From the NCBI GenBank assembly GCA_963777505.1, contig CAVZQN010000001.1, forward strand, positions 32,001 to 96,000: a stretch of DNA of 64,000 nt. Direction: 5' to 3'. The position numbers were made by a program, and so were the translations under genes. How positions within the stretch are numbered: position 1 is the stretch's first letter; each line of letters starts with the position of its first letter. Origin of the DNA: an uncultured bacterium. GTDB taxonomy: Bacteria > Acidobacteriota > HRBIN11 > JAKEFK01. The notes beneath the pieces were generated by a model. It was given only the letters and a program-made list of their open reading frames with translations. It ran no database searches and was not told the DNA's origin. Below are positions 19,941-30,297 of the stretch, piece by piece.

Positions 19941-20321
19941 ATGGACATTCAAGTGATTTCAACTTCAAATGCTCCTAAACAGATTGGTCCTTATTCCCAG
20001 GCAACAAAAGCTGGCGGCTTCATCTTTTGTGCTGGTCAAGGCGCAACCGATCCCTCAACTGGCCAACTTGTCGAAGGCGATATCCGGGCACAGACAAGCC
20101 AGGTAATACGCAATCTTGAAGCGGTCTTACAAGCAGCAGGAAGTAGTCTGAATCGTGTTGTTAAAGTAACAGTTTTCTTACATGACTGGAAATATTACAA
20201 AGAGATGAATGAAACATTCGCAGAATTCTTTGAGAACAATCCACCCGCAAGATCAACCATTCAAGGTGCACGCTGGCCTGAGGGATCTTTGGTTGCAATG
20301 GAAGCGATCGCACTTGCTTGA
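19941..20321 (+). CDS. RidA/YjgF family enamine-imine deaminase
   Basis: GPYSQA, KVTVFL, PPARS (conserved Arg); AGGAG RBS places the start at 19941. Confidence 0.9.
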   Translation: MDIQVISTSNAPKQIGPYSQATKAGGFIFCAGQGATDPSTGQLVEGDIRAQTSQVIRNLEAVLQAAGSSLNRVVKVTVFLHDWKYYKEMNETFAEFFENNPPARSTIQGARWPEGSLVAMEAIALA

Positions 20322-20342
20322 ATAATGTTGGAGGTTAAATAA

Positions 20343-20663
20343 ATGGGACGATTTGTGATCGTTGCATACAAACCGAAGATTGGAAAACATGAGCAGCTTT
20401 TGTCAGCGGTGAAGAACCATTTGCATGTACTACGAACGGAACAATTAGTTACAGACAATCCCGCCTATGTCATGCGTGCTGCAGATGGAACAATCATTGA
20501 AGTTTTTGAGTGGCGATCTACTGAGGCAATCAGTCAAGCTCACAGCAATCCCGCAGTACAGGCACTGTGGGCTGACTTCGGTGCATCGTGTGATTATGTA
20601 CCACTCAACACACTGAGTGAAACTCAACAGATGTTTGCCGAATTTGATGCAGTGCAACTGTGA
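20343..20663 (+). CDS. Conserved hypothetical protein (ABM/dimeric alpha-beta barrel-like)
   Basis: GGAGG RBS; VAYKPK, IEVFEW, AHSNPAV pattern. Confidence 0.75.
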   Translation: MGRFVIVAYKPKIGKHEQLLSAVKNHLHVLRTEQLVTDNPAYVMRAADGTIIEVFEWRSTEAISQAHSNPAVQALWADFGASCDYVPLNTLSETQQMFAEFDAVQL

Positions 20664-22141
20664 ATTATCGGATGATGCGAATCTTCCTGGCTCTATTCCT
20701 GGCTTTTGTATCCGGCGCCTTTGGATTTACTGCGGGAGTTGGACTGACCGGTTCGCTCATTGCCGCAATCCCAATTGCAATCCTATTTATTGCGCTGACT
20801 TGCCTGGCCATCTGGAAATTTTCAATCATCGATCTTGAACGATCCGCATACACACGTGGACTTCAATTTTTATCGATCTTTGGAATTGTAGTGGCGATTG
20901 TTCAGCTCTTGCGTCTCACAGTATTCATGATCGACCCTTCTCAAGAGCAGTATTCCACTATGCCGTGGAGCAAATGGGAAATTCAACATTCCTGCCTATC
21001 GGCTTACCATATTGCCGATACATCGACAGGACGTGTGCCGGATATTTATAGCAATCAGCTTTACTCAATGCCTGATGATGATCCTAAAGCGATACGAAAA
21101 CCGCGTATGCTCGGCTCCTTCCGTATTGATGTTTATGAATATCCACCACCTTTTTTATTGTTACCGCGAGCCGTTTCATTTCTTACGCCTGACTTCCTTC
21201 GTTTGCGCATGTTGTGGTTTGCACTCAATGGCATAGTAGTGCTCATTGGGATGTTACTTGTGGCTCAAGCATTGGAACCGGTCGTTAGAACACGCGCGCT
21301 TTTGTTGATTCCACTAGTTTGGGCAGCACTCCCAACACTTGGAACACTACAAAAAGGCAATGTGCAGATGATTATCATTGCACTTTCAATGATTGCGATG
21401 CTCCTTTTTGCAAAGCGCAAGTTTGCTTCAGGCGGTACGGTGTTGGCGTATGTCACAGCAAGCAAGCTTTATCCGGCAATGCTGCTTGTGTATTTGTTAA
21501 TGCGACGCCAATGGCGCGCATTTATTTTTACCGCAGCCGCAGGAATTATTCTTGCGATCATCGCTCTGTATGTAACAGGCTTGCAATCTTACGCTGCATT
21601 CATGAAGCACTTACCAGGTTTGCTTAGTGGAGAATCCTTTCCGGCATTCCGCAACCCATTTGCCATGGCTATCAACTTCTCAATACCTGGAATTGTTTTC
21701 AAACTGAAACTGTTTGGTTTGGCAGGTATGGACTTCAATGCAGTGAAAATTGTCGGATGGATTTATAACCTGATTCTTATTGTGATCATTTTTATTGTCG
21801 CACGCCGAAATAATAAAACCGGAGAAGAGAGCCCAATTCAATGGCTGGCAATCCTCATCCTTGCTACCTTGCGAAGCCCATTCCTTCCGCAAGGTTATGC
21901 TGCGTTTCCGCCACTCTGGCTGCTAACACTATTAGTAGCTACTCAGATACCGACTCCAAAAACGCTCGTTCTCTTTTTTCTTGCATGGCTTTGTTTGAAC
22001 ATCAACATCCCGACCGACTCAGGGATGGATCCACGACTAGCTGCTGTTATCATCTCCATACCCCAGTCGATTACGATTGCAATCGCACTACTGGCATTGC
22101 GACCCACTCGGCACCTATTGTGGAAAAATTCGATAGAATGA
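20660..22141 (+). CDS. GT87/DUF2029-like GT-C membrane glycosyltransferase
   Basis: YPPPFLL, GNVQ, KLYP motifs; many TM helices. Confidence 0.82.
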   Translation: MNYRMMRIFLALFLAFVSGAFGFTAGVGLTGSLIAAIPIAILFIALTCLAIWKFSIIDLERSAYTRGLQFLSIFGIVVAIVQLLRLTVFMIDPSQEQYSTMPWSKWEIQHSCLSAYHIADTSTGRVPDIYSNQLYSMPDDDPKAIRKPRMLGSFRIDVYEYPPPFLLLPRAVSFLTPDFLRLRMLWFALNGIVVLIGMLLVAQALEPVVRTRALLLIPLVWAALPTLGTLQKGNVQMIIIALSMIAMLLFAKRKFASGGTVLAYVTASKLYPAMLLVYLLMRRQWRAFIFTAAAGIILAIIALYVTGLQSYAAFMKHLPGLLSGESFPAFRNPFAMAINFSIPGIVFKLKLFGLAGMDFNAVKIVGWIYNLILIVIIFIVARRNNKTGEESPIQWLAILILATLRSPFLPQGYAAFPPLWLLTLLVATQIPTPKTLVLFFLAWLCLNINIPTDSGMDPRLAAVIISIPQSITIAIALLALRPTRHLLWKNSIE

Positions 22142-22163
22142 CTATTGTCAAATTTGTGATCCA

Positions 22164-22646
22164 ATGCTGAAAAATATTGAGTTTCAAATCAATGGCACGA
22201 CACATCGACTCAAAGTAAATTCGGAACGGAGCCTCTTAAGTGTATTGCGCGACGATCTTGACTTAACTGGCACAAAGTACGGCTGCGGAGAAGCACAATG
22301 TGGCGCTTGCACTGTTTTGATTAATGGAGTGGCTACGAGATCCTGTGTAACTCCCGTTGAACATGTGAATGGCAAACCGATCACAACAATCGAAGGTTTA
22401 GAAAAAAATGGCAAGCTCCATCCGCTGCAAGAAGCATTTCTAGAAGCAGATGCAATGCAGTGCGCCTTTTGCACATCTGGAATGATCATGTCAGGCGTAT
22501 CGCTTCTAGCCAGGAAGGCGCGTCCAACACGCAATGAGATCGTTGAGCACATGAACCGGAATGTCTGCCGTTGCGGAACATACGAACGCATTATCGCAGC
22601 TGTCGAAATCGCTTCCGGTCAATCCCGAAATAAAAGTGATGAATAG
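22164..22646 (+). CDS. (2Fe-2S) small subunit of xanthine-dehydrogenase-family enzyme (IorA-like)
   Basis: GCGEAQCGAC, QCAFC, CRCGTY. Confidence 0.93.
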   Translation: MLKNIEFQINGTTHRLKVNSERSLLSVLRDDLDLTGTKYGCGEAQCGACTVLINGVATRSCVTPVEHVNGKPITTIEGLEKNGKLHPLQEAFLEADAMQCAFCTSGMIMSGVSLLARKARPTRNEIVEHMNRNVCRCGTYERIIAAVEIASGQSRNKSDE

Positions 22647-24834
22647 TAAAACTGATCGCCCAAATCAATTCATTGAAGAAGAGCGTTACGAGCTTTTTGA
22701 AAAACAGCGTTACCACTTCGAACTGAACCGCCGGAATTTCTTAAAATTCTTCGGCGGTGGAATCGTTCTGTTTGTTCCACTGAACCGATTGAACGCTCAG
22801 CAAGGCGAATCTGGTAGATCAGGTGATGATGACGTTCCGCAAGAAATTAGCGCATGGATCCATCTTGATGAGGACGGCTCCATCAAAGTCTTTACTGGAA
22901 AAACTGAAGTAGGCCAGAACATTCGCACGTCGCTTGCGCAGGCTGCTGCAGAGGAATTACACGTTCCTGTTTCTATGATCCGTATGGTCATGGCTGATAC
23001 GGCTCAGACACCATTTGATATGGGAACTTTTGGGAGTCTGTCAACGCCTTTAATGGCGCCACAACTCAGGAAGGCCGCTGCAGCTGCAAGAGAAATGTTG
23101 ATCGATCTTGCGGCACAACGATGGAACGTAAATCGGAATACAGTGCACATTGTGAATGCGCGTCTCACAGCCGACCATACAAAGGAATCGCTTAGTTTCG
23201 CTGATGTTATCAAAGGACAGAAACTAGCAAAGACGATTCCGAATGATCAGCCGACTCTTGCGCGAACGGAATGGACAATTGCAGGAACGTCGGTTCCAAA
23301 AGTTAATGGGAAGGATTTCGTAACCGGTAAACACAAATACACTTCGGACATGAAACTTCCTGGTATGTTATTTGCGAAGGTCGTTCGGCCTACAGCATTT
23401 GATGCGAAAGTCAGTTCTGCGGACATATCAGCAGCGGAAGCAATTCCATCAGTAAAAGTTGTGCGTGATGGTGACTTCATTGCGGTTGCTGCTCCTGATC
23501 ATGAAACTGCAATGCGCGCAGCCGAACAGATAAAAGTTGAATGGAATGCGCCGGCTCAACCATCGAATTCAGAATTGTTTGAGTTGCTGAAAAAGCCTTT
23601 ACCTCCCAACGAAAGCCAGGGCAGGCGACGCAGAGAGCCGGTGATTCAGGGTTCGATTGCGGATGGTCTTGCATCAGCTGAAAAGAAGCTTGAAGAAACA
23701 TACACGGTTGAATACATTGCGCACGCGCCGCTTGAACCGCGTGCAGCAGTGGCTGAATGGAAAGATGGCACATTGACTGTATGGACCGGCACACAGCGTC
23801 CTTTTGGAGTCAGAGGTGAGCTTGCAGAAGCGCTGAGTTTGCCGGAAGAAAAAATCCGAGTCATTGTACCGGATACTGGATCCGGTTATGGCGGAAAGCA
23901 TTCCGGTGAATGTGCAGTCGAGGCCGCAAGAATTGCGCGTGCTGCAGGTAAGCCGGTAAAACTTGTCTGGTCGCGCGAAGAAGAATTCACATGGGCATAC
24001 TTCCGCCCCGCTGGAGTGATTCAAATAAAAAGCGGCGTTAAGAATGACGGCATGATCACCGCATGGGAATTTCATAACTACAACTCGGGTTCATCGGCAA
24101 TTGAAAGTAAATATGACTTTCCCAATCAACACCTTCAATTTCATCCTAGCGACTCCCCGCTGCGTCAAGGATCGTATCGTGCGTTAGCAGCAACAGCCAA
24201 CCATTTTGCACGCGAATCACACATCGATGAACTTGCACATAGCATCAAGATGGATCCGCTTGAGTTTCGACTTAAAAACACAAAAGATGAAAGGCTCCGT
24301 GATGTACTTGAAGCAGCGGCAAAATCATTCGGTTGGAAAAATATGAATGCTGCAAAGGGTCATGGTATCGGTATCTCATGCGGTTTCGAAAAAGATGGTT
24401 ACGTCGCTACATGTGTAGAAATTGTGGCCGATTCAACGAAAGGCACAGTAAAAATTCTTCGAGTGGTAGAAGCATTTGATTGTGGACCGGTGGTCAATCC
24501 GAATCATTTAAAGAATCAGATTGAAGGCGCAATCGTGATGGGACTTGGCGGTGCACTATTTGAAGAAATTTTGTTTGAAAATGGCAAAATCCTGAATCCA
24601 CGCTTTTCGAATTATGCAGTACCGCGCTTCAGCGACTTGCCTCCTATTGAAGTTGTGTTGGTGGATCGTAAAGATATTCCTTCATCCGGTGCTGGTGAAA
24701 CTCCGATAGTCGGAATTGCTCCTGCAATCGGAAATGCCATCTTTGATGCTACAGGCATTCGCCTTAGATCGCTGCCGCTTATTCCGAATGGATTAGCATC
24801 AACATCTAGCTCAACCGCAAAGACGCCAAGATAG
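22639..24834 (+). CDS. Molybdopterin-binding large subunit (IorB-like)
   Basis: RRNFLK, GKTEVGQ, GSGYGGK, QIEG, GAGE motifs. Confidence 0.92.
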   Translation: MNSKTDRPNQFIEEERYELFEKQRYHFELNRRNFLKFFGGGIVLFVPLNRLNAQQGESGRSGDDDVPQEISAWIHLDEDGSIKVFTGKTEVGQNIRTSLAQAAAEELHVPVSMIRMVMADTAQTPFDMGTFGSLSTPLMAPQLRKAAAAAREMLIDLAAQRWNVNRNTVHIVNARLTADHTKESLSFADVIKGQKLAKTIPNDQPTLARTEWTIAGTSVPKVNGKDFVTGKHKYTSDMKLPGMLFAKVVRPTAFDAKVSSADISAAEAIPSVKVVRDGDFIAVAAPDHETAMRAAEQIKVEWNAPAQPSNSELFELLKKPLPPNESQGRRRREPVIQGSIADGLASAEKKLEETYTVEYIAHAPLEPRAAVAEWKDGTLTVWTGTQRPFGVRGELAEALSLPEEKIRVIVPDTGSGYGGKHSGECAVEAARIARAAGKPVKLVWSREEEFTWAYFRPAGVIQIKSGVKNDGMITAWEFHNYNSGSSAIESKYDFPNQHLQFHPSDSPLRQGSYRALAATANHFARESHIDELAHSIKMDPLEFRLKNTKDERLRDVLEAAAKSFGWKNMNAAKGHGIGISCGFEKDGYVATCVEIVADSTKGTVKILRVVEAFDCGPVVNPNHLKNQIEGAIVMGLGGALFEEILFENGKILNPRFSNYAVPRFSDLPPIEVVLVDRKDIPSSGAGETPIVGIAPAIGNAIFDATGIRLRSLPLIPNGLASTSSSTAKTPR

Positions 24835-24895
24835 AATCTTCTAGTCTTACAATTTGCAATCGTACAATCTGCAATTACTTTCAAAGAGGTGCTAA

Positions 24896-25708
24896 ATGTT
24901 GACTCAAGCAGAAAAAGGAAAACTCTTCCGTTCTCTTCATAAAAGAAGCGACGCATTTATTATTCCAAATCCATGGGACATTGGAACTGCGCGCTTGTTA
25001 GCACATTTGGGATTTGAAGCGCTGCAACGACCAGTGCGGGGTATGCATTTTCTGCTAGGCCAGCAAGACAACTCGATAGACCGCGATCAAATGATGATGC
25101 ATGTCACAAACATTGTTTTAGCTACAGATTTACCTGTCAGCGCAGATCTCGAAAATGGATTCGGAGATAGTCCTGAAATTGTTGCACAAACGATCCGACT
25201 TGGTGCAGCCACTGGACTCGTTGGCGGCTCAATCGAAGATATGGCTAGCAATCACTCGATTTATGATCTCGAACTGGCGTCCGACCGTATCCGTGCAGCC
25301 GCTGACGTTGTGCGTACATTGCAATTTAATTTTACTTTAACTGCGCGTGCAGAAAATTATCTTGTTGGACGTCCTGATCTGAATGACACAATCAAACGCC
25401 TTCAAGCTTATCAGGAAGCCGGAGCAGATGTTTTGTATGCCCCAGGTTTGAAAAGCAAAGAAGAGATCGTTTCAGTTGTTAAATCAGTTGACCGTCCGAT
25501 CAATGTCGTCATGGGATTACAAGGCGTTCAGTTGAGCCTGAAAGAATTATCCGACATCGGGGTGAAGCGCATTAGCGTTGGGAGTTCACTCTCTCGCACA
25601 GCACTCGGCGCTTTTCTTCGCGCGGCAAATGAAATGAAGACTCATGGCACATTTGCTTACGCCGATGAAGCGATCAGCTTCCGCGAAATTAGTGCAATGT
25701 TTAATTAA
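24896..25708 (+). CDS. Isocitrate lyase/PEP mutase family protein
   Basis: PNPWD, ADLENGFG, SIED, ARAEN, AGADVLYAPG. Compensating indels near 25025-25060 scramble the ATTSAG segment. Confidence 0.88.
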   Translation: MLTQAEKGKLFRSLHKRSDAFIIPNPWDIGTARLLAHLGFEALQRPVRGMHFLLGQQDNSIDRDQMMMHVTNIVLATDLPVSADLENGFGDSPEIVAQTIRLGAATGLVGGSIEDMASNHSIYDLELASDRIRAAADVVRTLQFNFTLTARAENYLVGRPDLNDTIKRLQAYQEAGADVLYAPGLKSKEEIVSVVKSVDRPINVVMGLQGVQLSLKELSDIGVKRISVGSSLSRTALGAFLRAANEMKTHGTFAYADEAISFREISAMFN

Positions 25709-25733
25709 GGAGTTATTTTTAATAAGTGTCGAC

Positions 25734-26594
25734 ATGCTTAACGCAATCGAGAGTATTCAAATAAATCAGAGCGCAAAGAAGTTTCAGATCGGGGATTTAT
25801 TGTTTGCGCAATTTGATTGTCACGCGCAAAATGAGCCACTTGGGCTTTGGGCTGAGACAGACCACCTGCTTCACGTACTCAATTCAAAACTGAGTTGGAA
25901 GACTCCTTCGGGGATCTGCTCAGTTGAAGCCGGGCAAAGTGTATTTTTTAGAAAAGGCGCGTATGTATCACTCGAACATCCTGACGGAGAAGCTTGTATC
26001 GAAGTATTTTTTATTCCGGACACTTTTGTGCGGGAAACAGTGATAGAACTTGCTGAGGATTTGCCGAGTTTAGCACATGCCATAGATTCGCAAGAAGCTG
26101 CAATTTATGTCAACCATGACGTTGGTTTGTCAGCATTCTTGCAAGCCATGACAATTTATTTTACAGCGGATGAAAAACCGCCGGTTGCGTTACTACGCTT
26201 GAAACTCAAAGAGCTTCTCACAGGGATTCTTGTAGGACAGAGCAATCCAATGCTTTCTTCGTATCTTCGCTCGCTGGCCGCAACCGATGCTCCTTCAATT
26301 CAGGCAATCATGGAAACGAATTTTGCTAACAACCTTTCTATTGATGACTTCGCTCGAATGAGTCACCGTAGTCTTTCCTCATTTAAACGGGAGTTTCGTA
26401 AGCATTTTCAAACATCTCCTGGAAGATGGTTACTTGAACGTCGATTGCAACATTCACACTCCCTGATGCAGACCACCGGGATGAGCGTTACTGAAATCAT
26501 GTTCGAATGTGGGTTCCAGGATCTTTCGCATTTCAGTAGAGCTTTCAAAAAGAAATTCGGTTGTCCGCCGAATGCAATATCGCGAACTCCATAG
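25734..26594 (+). CDS. AraC family transcriptional regulator
   Basis: C-terminal SLSSFKREF...CGFQDLSHFSRAFKKKFG HTH. Confidence 0.92.
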   Translation: MLNAIESIQINQSAKKFQIGDLLFAQFDCHAQNEPLGLWAETDHLLHVLNSKLSWKTPSGICSVEAGQSVFFRKGAYVSLEHPDGEACIEVFFIPDTFVRETVIELAEDLPSLAHAIDSQEAAIYVNHDVGLSAFLQAMTIYFTADEKPPVALLRLKLKELLTGILVGQSNPMLSSYLRSLAATDAPSIQAIMETNFANNLSIDDFARMSHRSLSSFKREFRKHFQTSPGRWLLERRLQHSHSLMQTTGMSVTEIMFECGFQDLSHFSRAFKKKFGCPPNAISRTP

Positions 26595-26617
26595 TTTCAG
26601 CTCACCATAAATAATTA

Positions 26618-26692
26618 ACCACGGAGTCACGGAGAACACGAGGCTCTAAAAAATACACAATCTTACCTCCGTGCTCTCCGTGACTCCGTGGT
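26618..26692. repeat. ACCACGGAG-family palindromic element
   Basis: ACCACGGAGTCACGGAGAACACG...CTCCGTGCTCTCCGTGACTCCGTGGT, same arms as 13689. Confidence 0.85.
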
Positions 26693-26701
26693 GAAACCCC
26701 C

Positions 26702-26739
26702 TGAACCTTTAACTCAAGTTTTTGAGCTTCTCAGCCAAG
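26702..26739 (+). promoter_or_regulatory. Putative AraC-type direct-repeat operator
   Basis: TGAACCTTTAACTCAAG and TGAGCTTCTCAGCCAAG start exactly 21 bp apart, between the araC gene and the methyltransferase. Confidence 0.45.
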
Positions 26740-26797
26740 CGCTCGAAGTACACCTTTTGTATTTATTAAGAAATTACAGATGAAAAGGAGTAAAAAA

Positions 26798-27631
26798 ATG
26801 ATCGCACATGATCTTCAAGAAACGAGTGAAAAATGGAATCACATTGCCAATGGTTATGACAAGACAGTCACACCATCGCATATGTGGCTGGGAAACGAAG
26901 GACTTCGCCGCGTCAAAGTTCAATCAGGTATGCGTTTCCTTGACGTTGCATCAGGCAGCGGTGCACTCAGCATTCCTGCAGCGCGTCTTGGCGCAAGAGT
27001 AACTTCAGTGGATCTATCTCCCGTCATGCTTAGCTTGCTGGAGAAACGGGCTCAGAAAGAAGGACTTCTTGTGGAAACACATGTTATGGATGGCCATGAC
27101 CTTCAATTTCAAGACAACACTTTTGATGTTACCGGATCACAGTTTGGTGTCATGCTTTTCCCAGACATGCCGCGCGCATTACACGAAATGGCCCGTGTTA
27201 CAAAACCAGGCGGAACAGTATTAATGAATGTTTATGGCCCGCCAGAAAAAATTGAATTCTTTGGCTTTTTCGTACGGGCTATTCAAGCAGCCTTGCCTGA
27301 ATTCACCGGCCCTTCAATGGATCCACCTCCCCTTCCATTTCAACTACAGAATCCTCAGAAGTTATCTAAGGAACTTGAGAAAGCGGGATTGAAAAATGTT
27401 CATGTTGAGACAATTACTGAAAAATTGGAATTTCAATCAGGACAAGATCTCTGGTTCTGGCTGATCAACAGTAATCCGATTGCAGGCGCAATACTTACCG
27501 ATCTGAATCTAACGAACGAACAAAAAGATGTGATTCAGTTGGAATTAGAACACATGGTCCAACAACGTTCGAAAGGAAGTGACAGGGCCGTTTTAACGAA
27601 TCCGATCAACATCGGCATCGGAACAAAATAG
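26798..27631 (+). CDS. Class I SAM-dependent methyltransferase
   Basis: LDVASGSG, FGVMLFPD, KPGG motifs; AGGAG RBS before ATG 26798. Confidence 0.9.
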   Translation: MIAHDLQETSEKWNHIANGYDKTVTPSHMWLGNEGLRRVKVQSGMRFLDVASGSGALSIPAARLGARVTSVDLSPVMLSLLEKRAQKEGLLVETHVMDGHDLQFQDNTFDVTGSQFGVMLFPDMPRALHEMARVTKPGGTVLMNVYGPPEKIEFFGFFVRAIQAALPEFTGPSMDPPPLPFQLQNPQKLSKELEKAGLKNVHVETITEKLEFQSGQDLWFWLINSNPIAGAILTDLNLTNEQKDVIQLELEHMVQQRSKGSDRAVLTNPINIGIGTK

Positions 27632-27775
27632 CATCATCTCATCCCTTTTATTTTAGGAGAATACTTCGAACTTGCCCGAATTCGCATTTGGTTAGCATCT
27701 TTTTAGGAGACTTTTGTCTTTTCGTTGTGGCTGATTTTGGTGTTACAGTTATGTGTATTTACAGTCCAGGGAAGT

Positions 27776-30170
27776 GTGATCGGGGAAACCGTTTCGCATT
27801 ACCGCATTCTAAATAAGCTCGGTGGCGGCGGAATGGGCGTGGTGTATGAGGCGGAAGATCTGAGCCTCAAACGTCATGTTGCGCTGAAATTTTTGCCGGA
27901 GGAATCTGGCAACAGACTCCCGAAGCGCTGGAACGATTTCAGCCGTGAAGCACAATCCGCATCGGCACTGAACCATCCAAACATCTGCACGATCCACGAA
28001 ATCGGCGAACACGAAGGGCGTCCGTTTATCGCGATGGAGATGATGAAAGGAAAGACGCTCAAGCACGCGATCAACGGAAAGCCGATGGAGATCGATCAGG
28101 TTCTGGATCTGGGATCACAGATTGCCGATGCACTCGATGCGGCTCATGCAAAAAAGATCATTCATCGCGATATCAAGCCGGCCAATATTTTTGTGACCGA
28201 ACGCGGACAGGCAAAGCTACTCGACTTTGGTCTGGCCAAACAAACGATGGAGATCGCATCAGATACGGAGATGCCTACAGCCAGCACACCAGAACATCTG
28301 ACAAAAAGCGGATCAACGATGGGAACGGTTGCCTACATGTCTCCCGAACAAGCGCGCGGAAAAGATCTCGATGCGCGCACCGATCTTTTTTCCTTTGGTG
28401 TAGTGCTCTATGAAATGGTAACCGGCACACTTCCCTTTGGCGGTCAAACCACCGGTGAAATGCTGGAAGCAATTTTTACGAAAGAACCGGTTGCACCGGT
28501 GCGATTGAATTCGAATGTGCCTGCAGAGCTGGAACGCATCATTATAAGGCAATGGAGAAGGATCGCAATCTGCGTTATCAAAGCGCAGCGGAAATGCGCA
28601 CCGATTTGCAGCGATTGAAACGCGATACATCTTCGCATGCAGTGCGGGCGTCCTGCCCGCAGCGAAGCGGCAGTCTGAGACCCGCCCGCTACAACAGAGC
28701 GTAAGCTATGGATCGCTATTGCTGCTATAATTGTAGTACTACTTGCAGCATGCATTTCTTCTCTCTTCAAACGCGAACAGCCGAAAGCGACTGCGCCTGT
28801 TGCAGCAACCAGCAAGACCGCGATTGCAGTTTTGCCGTTTACAAACCTGAGCACAGACAAAGAACAGGAATACTTCTCCGATGGATTGACCGAAGAACTG
28901 CTGAATGTGCTGGCAAAGAATCCGAAACTGCAGGTCACTTCCCGCACTTCCGCTTTTTCATTTAAAGGAAAGGAAGTCGACATCAAAACGATTGCGCAAA
29001 AGCTGAACGTGACGCATGTGCTGGAAGGAAGTGTACGGAAGGCAGGAAACCAGTTGCGGATCACGGCGCAGTTGATCGAAGTGGCAACCGACTCGCACCT
29101 CTGGTCGCAGACTTACGACCGGCAGATGGAAAACATTTTTGCGGTGCAGGATGAAATTGCCGCATCGGTGGCAGGAGCGCTGAAGGTGACACTCGAAGGA
29201 GGCCAGACTCCCAAAGCACAGCAGACAAATCCCGAAGCCTACAACGCCTACCTGCAGGGGCGCTACTTCTTCGATCGGCGGAGCAAGGAAGATCTGGAAA
29301 AGGCGATCGGCTACTATGAGCAGGCGCTGCAGATCGATCCCAATTATGCGCGCGCCTGGGTGGGACTGTCCGCGGTCCACACCCGTCAGGCAGGTTTAGG
29401 CTACGTGCCGATGGACGAAGGCTATGCAAAGGCGCGAAAGGAAGCAGAAAAGGCGCTGGAACTGGATCCAAATCTGGCTGAGGCTCATGCACAACATGGG
29501 ATGGATCAAGACGATCTACGACTGGGACTGGACCGGTGCGGATGCAGCCTACAAGCGGGCGCTGGAGCTGGAGCCGGCAAATGCGGATGTGGTCCGGGGC
29601 GCAGCTGTGCTGGCAGCAACGCTTGGCCGTTTCGATGAGGCGATCACACTCGACCGCCGGGCAATCGAGCTTGATCCGCTCCGAGTCGCAACACACAACA
29701 ATCTGGGTCTTCACTGCTATTACGCCGGACGAATGGCATGAGGCCGAAGCAGCCGTTCCGGAAGGCTCTGGAACTGAACCCGCAGTACCCGGCTGCGCAC
29801 TTGCTTCTGGGCCGCATCTACCTTGCGCAGTCGAAAACTGCAAGAGGCGCTTGCCGAGATGCAGAAGGAACCGGAGCCGGTCTGGCGCGGATACGGACTG
29901 GCGCTTGCCTATCATGCAGCAGGAAAAAAGAAAGAAGCAGATGCTGCACTGGCGGAGTACATCGAAAAGTATCAGAACGATAGGGCCTTTCAGATTGCTG
30001 AGATCTACGCCTACCGCGGCGAAACGGACAAAGCCTTCGAGTGGCTCGAGCGCGCCTACAAACAGCGCGACGGCGGCCTGTCCGAAATGAAAGGCGATCC
30101 GCTGCTGCGTAGTTTGCAGCGCGATCCGCGCTGGACCGCCTTCCTGAAAAAAATGAAACTGCCAATTTAA
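27776..30170 (+). CDS. Ser/Thr protein kinase - TM - TolB-N-like - TPR protein (multiple frameshifts)
   Basis: [33 protein letters not shown] and TPRs, spread over several track ORFs and collinear with the intact paralog at 30298. Confidence 0.88.
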
Positions 30171-30290
30171 TTTAGGTTTTCAGATTGCAGATTTCAGATT
30201 GAAATGTGATGATTGGAAGGATTGAGAGACAGTTTATCAATCTCAATCCTCAAATTTCAATCTGAGATCCGAAATTTGAAATCTTAAATT
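30169..30290. repeat. Inverted heptamer-array hairpin (GATTTCA-like units)
   Basis: AATTTAGGTTTTCAGATTGCAGATTTCAGATTGAAAT...ATTTCAATCTGAGATCCGAAATTTGAAATCTTAAATT, with an inner AGGATTGAGA/TCTCAATCCT stem. Confidence 0.8.
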
Positions 30291-30297
30291 TCTTTTT

